Shown here piece after piece: positions 11,776 through 22,640 of a stretch of DNA of 64,000 nt. This DNA comes from Malacoraja senta (taxonomy: Eukaryota). The notes under the pieces were generated by a model. The model was not told where the DNA came from. It worked only from the letters and a program-made list of their open reading frames with translations, and did no database searches. The DNA lies in the NCBI GenBank assembly GCA_038087875.1, contig CM075992.1, positions 5,952,001-6,016,000 on the forward strand. Reading direction: 5' to 3'. Positions within the stretch are counted from its first letter, which is position 1, and the number at the start of each line of letters is the position of its first letter. Made by a program: the position numbers and the translations under genes.

Positions 11776-14700
11776 TTTATTTTGGGTTTTGTTTATTTGG
11801 AGTAAATGATACACAACCTTCAGTAACATGTACAGCAGTAACAGTTTATACCTCTGAGGCACCAGCTTCCAGTTTGGTTTGTTTAACCTTCAACAGTTTA
11901 AGAACAGAAGTTAGTGTGGAAAGTTGAGTTAACATGTGTTGTACACATCTTCCTTAGAAGCTTTACCATATACTAAATTTATAAATGACTCCATTACAAA
12001 TCAGTAAATACAGCCCTATACAGCTGTGTGCGCAATCAAGTTTACATATTTAAAAAAAATTATAAAATGCAGTGTCTACCTAATTACAAATGTGTTCCAC
12101 TGACCCCAGCAACAGAACAGGAACGGTGCAGGATACGAATAAGCAGCAGTAGAGACTAAAGGTTGAATTTCAAATATTTCACGCATCAAACCTGAGCACA
12201 GGAAATTTCACCATAGCTACTGAATTGTAGCTTGCGATAGAATTTTAAAACCATGGACAACAGCATTCATTATACAATGATTAATCTCTACTGGTCCTCA
12301 TTACGTACCAAGAGGAAATGGCAGTTAGGATCATGCCCTGCAGTAATATCTATATACTGAGCTTTTCGGTTTAATCCCTCATCCAGCTAAAGAGTGTTGT
12401 CAAATATCTATAGAAATCTTGCATCTTAATATGCAGGGTAATACTGAATGAAAACTCAGCCTTGAACATTAATGCTAGTCCTGTACCTTATTTCACTTTG
12501 GTAAAGGGGAGCTTCTAGCTTGAATGTGCTATAGTTTGACCTCTTCCCATTAAAAAGAAACAATCTCCCTGGATGTCAAATGAATTTGACCTAGGATAGA
12601 GGAAGAATACTACCCAATGCAAGGAAAATAATCCAAGCAGTACTCACTTGTTTAGTTATGACAGTGACCACATGATTAAGAGGCAAAAACATTAACACCT
12701 ATTTAGATACTAACGAGGAGCATATTAAAACCATGCCAGACGGATTCCATAGGGCATACCTTAGATCTGCTCCACTCTGTAGCGTTACACCTATATTATA
12801 TCAAGCCTAACTACCCTTTACTATTTTATTCACCACATCTTGGTACAAACTAGGTCAAGAACTGCAGCTGACTACAGGAACTCAAACTATTTTACACCAT
12901 GCAACAATTTCTTTTTACAATATCTCAACATGAATATCAGGCTAATGCATTGACAATTTTTTCAAAAAATGTGTCTGTAGTGATCCTGGCTTCCATATAA
13001 AGGAGCTTGTCCAATACTTTATCATCCTGTGGCTGGCATCAGTGAAACACCTTAAGACCATGAATTAAAATTCCAAGTGTAAAAGTGACTTTTTAAACCT
13101 ACAAAATACATTATACAAAAGCAGAATGACAACCTTAACAGTACTGTGCATGGGGAGAGGAGGGGGACAATCAAAGGAATGGACTGAGTATCATCACACC
13201 TTCAGGGAAGCTTTCAATCCAGAGTTTCTAATCAGGAAAAATAAATAAATTAACCACAGTGTGCTACATTGATATTTAAGAGATTAAAATATTTGAAAAA
13301 CAGCATCTGTAACTGAACTGTTGCTTTGTGCACTTCAAGGTTGTACTTTTTCACATTTCCAACATCTGTTATTTTCCTTCCAACATATACCTGCCTCAAA
13401 GAAAATAAGCACAGAAAGATAGCTCAAGTCACAGTTAATGCATCTTCCCCCTACATGCCCAACCCCACCTCAGAATATCAAGAGTTGACCTTGTGATCAC
13501 TCAGGATTTTTTTTAAATGCTGCAAGATCACCAAAATACAATTTATTCAAACCGTGATGGTCCATATGACGATTGCATACACTTCTTATTCTAGCTACTC
13601 CTGTTGAGAGTGAAAAATTGTTCTGGAATTTAGGAACAAGATGTTTTGGGCAGCAACAATATTCAGAGCATGTCCATTGGAAATGACATGCAAAGTTTTC
13701 TATTATAGTGTTCTTTTTCATTAAAAAAAACATAGTTCCAATCTGTATAACAGTGATAGCTACAAAAACGGAACCCTTGTACTGCAATTTTAGTCATGAA
13801 ACAACTGCTCAACATGTAGATTAATCATCCTCGGTACTTTTACCATAATTTTAGCATTCAGGTATAGTCCCCAGATAAGCAGCATTTTACTGGTAGAAAC
13901 TGGATGGCAATGTAGTTTAACATTACATGTCTAGTCCCAGAACTACTGACCTCACACAGCATGTGGACTTTACTGCACCTGTCTCGGGTAGAACATGCAG
14001 ATCAACCGAACACAAAAACCCACACTTCCACAAGTTGTAACTGTTTGCAAGGATCTCCAAACTAAACAACCCAAGCCCTCCATCGATTTTCCACAGAATA
14101 TGAGGCCTAATGGAGTCGAGTTTCTCTTAAGAATCTTAAAGCAAAATCAGCAGGGGAACTGGGAAAAGTGGGACGGCATCACTCCAAGCAACATTTCAGA
14201 AACTTACACGGGCAATTGTTCAGATTCACACCTGTGCATTTGGATAGCTCAAAAATCATGAATATTTCCTCAATTCATGGAAAGATTCATAGCAGATGCC
14301 CTAGACAATATATTTACTATTGCCGCAGATGTCCTAGCCCTATTTACAGTGCAGAACAATTCACTTAGTCATGTTGAGGTAAAACAGGTCATATGAGGCC
14401 ATGCCCAATAACTCTAAGCAGCTATCCACTCATAATCTAACTGGCTAGCCCAACTGATTAAATGGCATAGCCAGTGACCTCCATGTGGTTGCAGGAACAT
14501 TGTATGGGTTCCTAATATATCTCCTTACTATCTGGTGTCCCAAGACAACCTAAAGTATTTTGTTTTGCTGGAGATGAGTTTCTCATACATTACTTGGATC
14601 CGGTCAGAGGATGTTAGCAGGTTAGTGAGCCATGGGAAACATCAAAGCCAAAGTGAGCATCAGCAAGAAGCCCACGACTTAAGTCTCCCAGGGGTTAACT

Positions 14701-17700
14701 ATTAAATATGAAACCCTAACAAGCTTACAGAGCCTGACCAACAGTCTAGAGAGATTGGAGAAATCGATAAATCTGAACTTCCAGTCCAGAGTAAGCACTA
14801 CACAACAAAGGCAGCTGAAAAGGATGCGGGATCTGCATACAATTTTACATGATCAAATATCAGACTGAAAAATAGTCAGAACTACAATCAGATTACAAAC
14901 ATTCACTCAGGACTGCCGTGATGCACTGTGGATTGTTGGGTACATATCAACATTCCTTATGTGGCTATCCTTGTGGCATTCAAAGTGGAGCAGCTATGCA
15001 AACCACAGATTCTCCGGAGTACATTTTGAATAAGACAATTCACATTTTGAAAGGGGACAAAACAGTGAAATGATCAAGATAATTCCAAATCCCAACCAGC
15101 ATTGCTTCACCAATTGCCTGGTAACCTAATTGCTGGCATCTGTAAGCCACTCTACACCTACCTTCAAAAACACTCCTAACATTTACATCTGAGACTTTTG
15201 GGCCTCATTCCATGTGATTTAAACATTATACACATGGCTGTTGAACTCATTACTGATTGGTTTTATGTTAAAATTCCCATGTGTTCACCTTAAAAAATAC
15301 TTTTCCAGCATACCATATCAAAGTTTAACAAAAAGAAAAACAATTAATGGGACTGCCTATTGTAATCTGGGAATTAACACAAAACCCAAGGCTGCCCATC
15401 TCACTGGCTACAAACCCAGTTACTCAGTATGATTCACAAACTCAAATCACATTTCTGCTACGAGGCGAGTTGGTTGAAACAAAACTTCTGAAATATCACT
15501 CTGCTTTGGAAACGTTCATCTGCACAGACCGATCGTGCAGTACGTTTTTGCCAGAAGATGGTGAACAAAACGGTAAAACCAATGATGGTTTTACTCCATA
15601 TCCTCAGCACTCCATGTATTAACAAAAGGGAAATTAAAGCTGTGAAGCTGCAAGCTGCGCAAAATTCAAATTCATTTTTATTATGGTAGCTGTAATACTT
15701 TTTTTTTTAAAGAGTGGGTTAAAATACAAAGGGTTGAGAATCAGTAATATTCAACAGCACATGCAAAAACAAGTTGGGGTACAGAATAAAAAGCATTTTT
15801 ATGAAGTTACAACTACATCAATAAAACAAAAAGCAAAATCTCATTATAGTAACCACCACCAGAGAAATCATTGATGTCACAACCCTAAGTAATTAAATAT
15901 TTGCACTACCAAAAAATTATTCTCAAATACATTTCAGATTCTTGGAAGGTAATAGCAACCACGTTCAGCGTCAATAGCCGATTCCTTCCTCCACCTCTTC
16001 ACTGATTTAGTCACAGAGGTTACCTCCCTGGTACAATCTTCAATCGCAACAACCAGGACAAACAGACACTGCCAACTACCCAAGAGATTCCTTTAAAGTA
16101 TAATGTAAAAGATAAACCATTCAATCCTACAAAGATTAATCATCAAAACTAACAGGAGTAGATGGAGGAAAATAATTAATTCTATTCAGAACGAACAGTG
16201 AAGTGGGATTGATGGACTTAACTCTTTCAAAGCCTCAGCACCAGGTCCAAACATTACTCTCTTAACATGCTGCTCTCCTAAAAAACACCTGACTGTTGAA
16301 TCAACCCCCATGCCTTTGAATTTGATGGAGTTATTGTTGAAGCAGATAAAGATTTATTTCACACTGCCACTAAATGTGATCAGACCATCAACAAGACTAG
16401 AGATCTCCAGGAAATCTCAAAAGCCAAAAGAACAATCTCGTGGCTGTTAACAATCAGATTGCACAGCAAGCAAACTTCAGAAAAGAGGCAACTCCAAGTA
16501 ACGTCTGCACAGGCAGCAAGACCCCCTGGTGACAAATTGGTATTAATACCATAAGAGTTCCCAGTTCAGGAAGTTCATTTGAAATATAATCAAGATCTGC
16601 TCCATTTAAAATACTCCACACAAACCCAGATTGAAAATACACAAACGGCGCAGAATTTTTAAATTTACTCCCTGGGTTGTTCTGGGAGTGGGCTGGGATT
16701 ACGAGGGAAAGACCGAGGTGCCTCCCAGCGAACAGGAGCAACCGAAATCCCAGGATTTACACAGGTGATTGCGGGTTCAGACAAACTTAATAGCGGGCAT
16801 GTAGAAACAATAACCGTGAATCTGTGTGGCTCAGGATCTGAGGAAGTGTGAGAAATTTGCCAGTGGTGGAGCGCAGTGAAGGGTCTTGCCTCCATCTTGC
16901 AAGTACCAAACCCAAGGTGAAGGAGTGGCAGTGGCAGTGACAGTTTGGCAGTGAAGATGGGAAGTTCAGAACTAAAATTAAGAGGTTCAACATAATACTA
17001 AAATTAAATATTCAAAAGATATATTTTGTTACCAATACACTAAAAAAACCCACAACAATAAACTACCCAAATGACCATCGGAAGGGGATTTACGTACAAT
17101 GAATTTCCACTGGTTCAATGAAGGGTTGTGTAAATGTGTTGAGACACAGTCCATTCTGGAAAACAAAATATTTTTCTGTGATACCCAACAACCAATTTCA
17201 TAGCACCTTTGGTTATGAAGGTATATTTCAGTACACTCCAAGTTACAATACACAGTTACAGGAACAAACAGGTAACAAGATATTTTTTTTTTGGTCACAG
17301 AGTCCAACTGCATTAGATGCATAGACCCACATCACAACACTGAAAATAGATAGTGATCACAAACAATAGGTTTTAATTCAAACAGTCAATAAAAACAAAT
17401 CAACCATTTGTAGTCCACTTACAAATCAGAAGTGGTGGTTCTGAGACAGATTTTTTTTGTTTTGGTGGAGAGAGGAAAGAGAGATTTGAATTTGACGAAT
17501 ATGTTTCTAATGAGCAGCCTTGAGAGAACTCCCTCCTCTTCCTCCCCACAGCATCATTACCTGGCTTGCTAAAGGACCAGTGGATGGTGGATCACCCCAG
17601 TAGCAGGGAGATCTCTTCGATGCACAACCAATGGAGCAGGCAGGCAGGCAGCAGTGGCTGGGCTGGATCCTGTGGGAGAAGCTTGCATCTATCTGCTCGT

Positions 17701-19199
17701 CAGACACAAGGTGACAAGGGGTCCACGGACGTGAAAGGGAGCACAAGAGATTCAAGGACCTGCTTTACACTTCGCTAAAATCAACCATCATCCAGCACAC
17801 GTACAAGACGACAAAAGGAAAAATAAAGCATCTGTACAGTACAACTATCAAGTATACCTACATCTTTCTGCGCAAATGCACTGCCACTTGGTGACCTAAA
17901 CACATTAAAAGCAAATAGCCCCTTCGCTAAATATTAAAATTGCAACTAAATTCTGAAACATCTATGACCAAAATGCGAAATTAGTGGCTTGGACTACGAG
18001 GAATAAATGTCCCCCTTTTGGACTCGCGTTGTCCCCCCACCCTCACAGCCACATGCCCGTTAGTCGAGAAACAGAATTGTGTGACTCGATCCACACGTGG
18101 CAGGAGTGAGGCAAAATACACAACTGTGGGAGGAGGGATTCTGTTTCAAAGGCTTTCCGGCCTAATGGAAGCGGAAAGCAGGTTTCCTCCATGCGGACAT
18201 ACCAACGTTTCAGTTAAACCAGGCAGACTGTGAAACTGAAGTACTCCGTATTGCCTTTGAGCAGGGATTGATGTACACATAGCTAGCTGTCTGCACTCTG
18301 CCATCTGAAGAGCCCATTGTAACACATCACCCTTTCAGATCCGGACTGAGTTGCTGTTCACTCTGCTGGAGAACCCACTGCCCACTTTCGGACTGGAGGC
18401 TGGCAGCAATGCAAGTGAACCACCCCCCCCCCCCCCCCGGGCTATGGGCCAGATATGCCAGTGGACGCGCCTCAGCCTTGGACATCATGCCAGGCAGGAC
18501 CAGGTGACCTGTGCCTTGTATCCAAACCAGCACAGCCTCCTTTCACTCACCACAGCAATGGCCACGTCCACACCTCTGCTTCACAGCTGCATGTATCTGC
18601 CTCAACGCAACAAGCAGGAGGAGGGCAGCCTGCAGAGGAGTCCTTTTGTTTATCTTTAACTGCGACACGTCAAATTTAAGCTTCACTCACAACAATTTAA
18701 CAAGTGGTATGTTATTAAAAATGGACTAAGTTACTGTCATCCATCTGCCTCGTGTTGCCTTCCGTCTTTCCCAAGGCACAAATTAATGCAGGATTCCTTG
18801 CCTGGGGGTTTGACGGCAGGCTGCCAAATGGATCTGGAGCAAGCTGTGGCCCCGGCTACATTAGTGCCACATACTTCAGCGCCCTCTTGGCACTGCGGCT
18901 CTCCTCGACAGGACTGTGGCACGTGACTGCTTCTAGACTATACAACATTAATCGAGGCTAAGCTGTTCTGCGCGACATTCTAATTGTATGAGGTGAATGC
19001 AGAATTACTCTAAGGAAACCCACATAAGGCAGATACTTTCATTACTACACAGGGACTTAAACGTTCAAAGGCAAAGAAGAACCTTTCCAAACCTCACTAA
19101 ACTAGAACATAAAAAATAATGGCATGTGCCTTGGAGAGAGACTGCGCTTGTCGATCTGACCCCATCTACCCAGGTTTCTACACAGGCAGCAGATTCAAC
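11776..19199 (-). other. WIZ: Putative long 3' UTR of WIZ with tandem poly(A) signals
   Basis: Follows the WIZ stop, is U-rich on the minus strand, and contains no recognisable SINE, LINE or Penelope copy. Minus-strand ATTAAA at 17372-17377 and AATAAA at 15677-15682, 11792-11797 and 11776-11781. Confidence 0.55.
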
Positions 19200-19344
19200 C
19201 TATTTCTCAGGCTCAGCAGACGTGGAGATCTCTTCACGAACAGCCTCCACCTTCGGGAAGTTCACGTCCAGGATGTGTCGCTGAAGGTGTCTCACCCATT
19301 CTTCCTGAATTGAGAGAGGCCCATGGAACTCCACATCACAAAAC
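19200..19344 (-). CDS. WIZ: WIZ last coding exon (C-terminal zinc finger, G9a/GLP-binding region)
   Basis: Encodes (R)FCDVEFHGPLSIQEEWVRHLQRHILDVNFPKVEAVREEISTSAEPEK*, nearly the WIZ terminal motif. ctttccttcccaaaAG acceptor, phase 2. Confidence 0.95.
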
Positions 19345-19645
19345 CTTTTGGGAAGGAAAGATGCCACTGTTAATCTAATCAACTCACGACTTGGCTGAAA
19401 TGTTATCACACCATCCCATCCAGCAACAGCATCTCAACCCATCCACACCCAAAAGTGTTGTTCTGCAACACTATTACCACAGCAGAAAGGTGTCACCAGT
19501 TCAATATCCTGGAATTCCTGCCGTAACACCATTAGGTTCAAGGATGTTCTGAGAGTTAGAGATGGGCAAAAAACAAAACTCACCCACGCCCAAATTTCAC
19601 GGACCAATGGTTAAACACATTTCACTGTGAAGGCGGCGCACTCAC

Positions 19646-19850
19646 CTGCATTTCAGAGTATAGATGTTTCCTATAAACTTCACCAGTGAGAGCGGCTCAG
19701 GTTTCAGGACTGGAAAGATCACAGGCCTGACTCGGAGAGGTTTGGGTTCCTCTGACTTTGACCTGAACGTCTTTGCCTCCTTCCCCTCCTCGCGTTTCGG
19801 TGACAAGTTCACTGTGTATATCGCTGGCTTTTGTTGCTTACGCTCATTGT
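19646..19850 (-). CDS. WIZ: WIZ penultimate coding exon
   Basis: Encodes NERKQQKPAIYTVNLSPKREEGKEAKTFRSKSEEPKPLRVRPVIFPVLKPEPLSLVKFIGNIYTLKC(R). GTGAGT donor, phase 1 to 2. Missing from the ORF track. Confidence 0.93.
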
Positions 19851-21091
19851 CTGAACACGAAAGAGAAACCGTTAGCTTATCATCTTATTGAATATATAAA
19901 CATTATATCCATTAAAACCTATGGGGAAGACAGTTTCAAAAATAATTTCAGATGTGGTAAACCTGCCTGTACACTTAAACCCTCCAAAGATCACTGTTTA
20001 ACGAGCACTACATTACTTCCATGCCGTGGTTTATAGAGTCAAATATTTGCCTGTACAAAAAGCACTTTGAAAGAAGTTCTAATTAAGAACAGTATGTTGA
20101 CAAATATCTGATCCCATACCACTGGCCAAATGAAAGGAGACAAAATTATTCGAGCATCTGTGGGGACTTTTGTGCAAGGGGGGGGGGGGGGGGAATCATT
20201 TAACTAGAACAGTAATCCAACTACAATTCCAATGCAAGCTATATTCAATCTAATTGTGCAGAAACATATCAAGTTATTAGATTTCAGCTATACTGAATGG
20301 TCATGTCTATCACAGAGTTTTGGATGGGGGAAAAAAGTAACATTATTAGAATATTTACTTTTTTTTTTAAGACATAAAACTCTGGTTAATGCAAGTGGTA
20401 ATTTAGAGGGTTTAACTGCTTCTACTGGACAGGACAGACAATTACTCCACATGTGCCAGGAATCGAGCACGTATAACAGTAATACCATTTATCAGAAAAG
20501 TGTTCCCACAACACACGTTCAGATTTAGTGCCAAATGAATTCTTTAAAGTTACACTCTTTAAATGGACAGAGGGAGTCAGTACAATCCATTTCTTCTACT
20601 CTCCTAACTGTTAACCAACCTTTCTCTGAATTTGTTGGAATCTGAAAATTGCGCTTGTGAGGTGAGTCACCAAACCGCATGCAAACGGGGCTTGATTTCA
20701 ATCTTATACCGGATTAACTTACTTACACATTACAATGAATTAAGCACCTTGGCTCCGTTTCTATACAGAAAAAGAGTGCAAGAACAAAAGGCACAATAAA
20801 TACAATCCACTCACGTGCAAATTAAAACAAAAACTTACATACATAAGCAAGCAAAAGCTGCATCTAGTCCCTGAACTTCTAGGGTTAGGCTTTGCATTCT
20901 CAAGCATGTCATGGAATAGACGCTTAACTTCATTAGTGGGGACCAACTTCGTGTCTGGATTACAGCATGTATCATCACACACAGTTTCCTTTCACAGTGC
21001 AATTGCAATTTAACAAGCTTTCTCTTCGGCACTGTCAAAGTTCACATTTAGTTTTTTTTTGGTTAAGTTATACAAAGCCAAAGGGTCTCAC

Positions 21092-21265
21092 ATGTGTCGG
21101 TGAGTGCAGGTTCAGCCTTTTCGTGGAGTTCCTCAAACTGAGACAGACTCGGTAACTTCCTTTTCAATCCAGATTTCAGATGGCCACGCATATGGTTGGA
21201 GAGGCCTACACCCGTGGTTAGTGTCACTCCACAATACTCACAGGTTCCTAACTTGACTGGGTGCT
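21092..21265 (-). CDS. WIZ: Additional WIZ/ZNF644-family C2H2 zinc-finger exon (candidate cassette)
   Basis: cattttggacaacAG acceptor and GTGAGA donor, 174 nt, phase 1-1. Encodes HPVKLGTCEYCGVTLTTGVGLSNHMRGHLKSGLKRKLPSLSQFEELHEKAEPALTDT with perfect C-x2-C-x12-H-x3-H spacing. Confidence 0.75.
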
Positions 21266-21474
21266 CTGTTGTCCAAAATGAAATTAAGATTCAGTTACCA
21301 CCCTGCCTTCCACAGTTTAATTCCTAATTTAATTTGAGGTTCTGGCAGGTCTCAGCCTAGTTCCTAGTGGACAAGAGCCCACAGCACTTCAAAGGCTCAT
21401 TAATTTAGCAATGATTGTCTGCAGATTTCTTTTAGCGGATGGTGTGTGAAATGGAAATAGAAATTAACACATAC

Positions 21475-21593
21475 CACTTGGGGCTGCTCTTGGGAGGTAA
21501 GATGTTTGACACCTGGGGGAACGCAGGCAAGGAGAGCTAGTGGGCGCTCTGCATCACGGGCGAGACCCTCTCTGACTAGGGGGTTCTCAACGA
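21475..21593 (-). CDS. Candidate WIZ exon (uncertain)
   Basis: Strong atttttctgctttgcAG acceptor and GTATGT donor. Only the phase-1 frame is open (VENPLVREGLARDAERPLALLACVPPGVKHLTSQEQPQV). It ends in phase 0, so in-frame joining needs the AG at 21264-21265 as acceptor. Confidence 0.4.
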
Positions 21594-22478
21594 CTGCAAA
21601 GCAGAAAAATGCTCCACTTTCATTCGCATCTCACACACACAGACTCGCACATTCATTCCTCATCCGTGCATCATGCCAGATATTTGGAATGGGAAAAAGA
21701 TGCAAAGTAAAGGAAGCCCCAGAGCCCATTCAACCATCAGCATTTAGTCCACTCAACGATCAGCATTTTCTATTGAACAATCATTTCCTTCCAACTTGTC
21801 AATGTTCTTCAATGCACCGTTTTTTGTTTTAAATTACTGCTAGATTAAATCTGGACACAAGGTTAACATTCAAATATTTTGATCCAGTCTTCGTCTTATT
21901 ATTTGAGAAATTAACAGATTCAAACCAATAGAAGTGCTGGATTCTGAAAGGTTTGAAAATTGAAAAGACCCCATAACTGGAGAAAGGATTAATAATGTCA
22001 GCATGCATGGATATTTTACAATAATTTAGCACACGGGCCTATATCTGTTAATTAGTATTGTTTTGGAAAGAACTGCAGATGCTGGTTTCAATCAAAGGTA
22101 GACACAAAATGCTGGAGTAACTCAACGGGACAGGCAGCATCTCTGGAGAGAAGGAATAGTATTGTTTCTCAGCTACAATACAAACCCATTCACCCTGCTG
22201 GAATGAACTATTACTGCATACAGCTCCCGCCCACCCAAGTTTGGCAACACATAGAGTAGTCCCCCTACCCTGTCCACAGATGGCCCACTTTAGTGCAGCA
22301 CCTTTTGGTCCTGCCACAACCAGAAAGTCCCATTACATTCTCATTTTACCCCCAGAATTTCCATAATGGATAGACCTCAACATACATACTAGTGCCTCTA
22401 ACATTGCAAAGACATCCGTAAGCATTTTACAGGAGTTACCAAATACAACAATGATACCAAGCTAAGTAAGGAGAAAGG

Positions 22479-22640
22479 ACACAAAATGCTTGAGTAACTC
22501 AGTGGGTCAGGCAGCATCTCTGGAGAGAAGGAGTAGGTGAAGGAGTCTGAAGATGGGTTCCGACCCGAAACATCACCTACTCCTTTTCACCAGAGATGCT
22601 GCCTGACCTGCTGAGTTACTCCAGCATCTGCAGTTCCTTA
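22479..22640. mobile_element. Penelope-derived fold-back element with central hammerhead-like core
   Basis: Inverted arms gagtaactcagtgggtcaggcagcatctctggagagaaggagtaggtga / tcacctactccttttcaccagagatgctgcctgacctgctgagttactc surround CTGAAGATGGGTTCCGACCCGAAACATC (22547-22574). Confidence 0.8.

Noticed and set aside
17507-18961. Short ORFs in the GC-richer part downstream of the WIZ stop
   Set aside because: No recognisable domain or consistent splice signals. Best explained as proximal 3' UTR.
20178-20193. Long G or C homopolymers (also 18421-18438 and 36213-36226) as G-quadruplex elements
   Set aside because: Simple homopolymer runs of uncertain assembled length with no other support.
20839-20988. 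150-nt open segment on the minus strand (ETVCDDTCCNPDTK...RCSFCLLMY) ending at a perfect GTAAGT
   Set aside because: Weak acceptor and phase 0-0, so it does not fit the phase-1 WIZ chain. No His pair follows the CxxC. Not called, though RNA-seq could revisit it.
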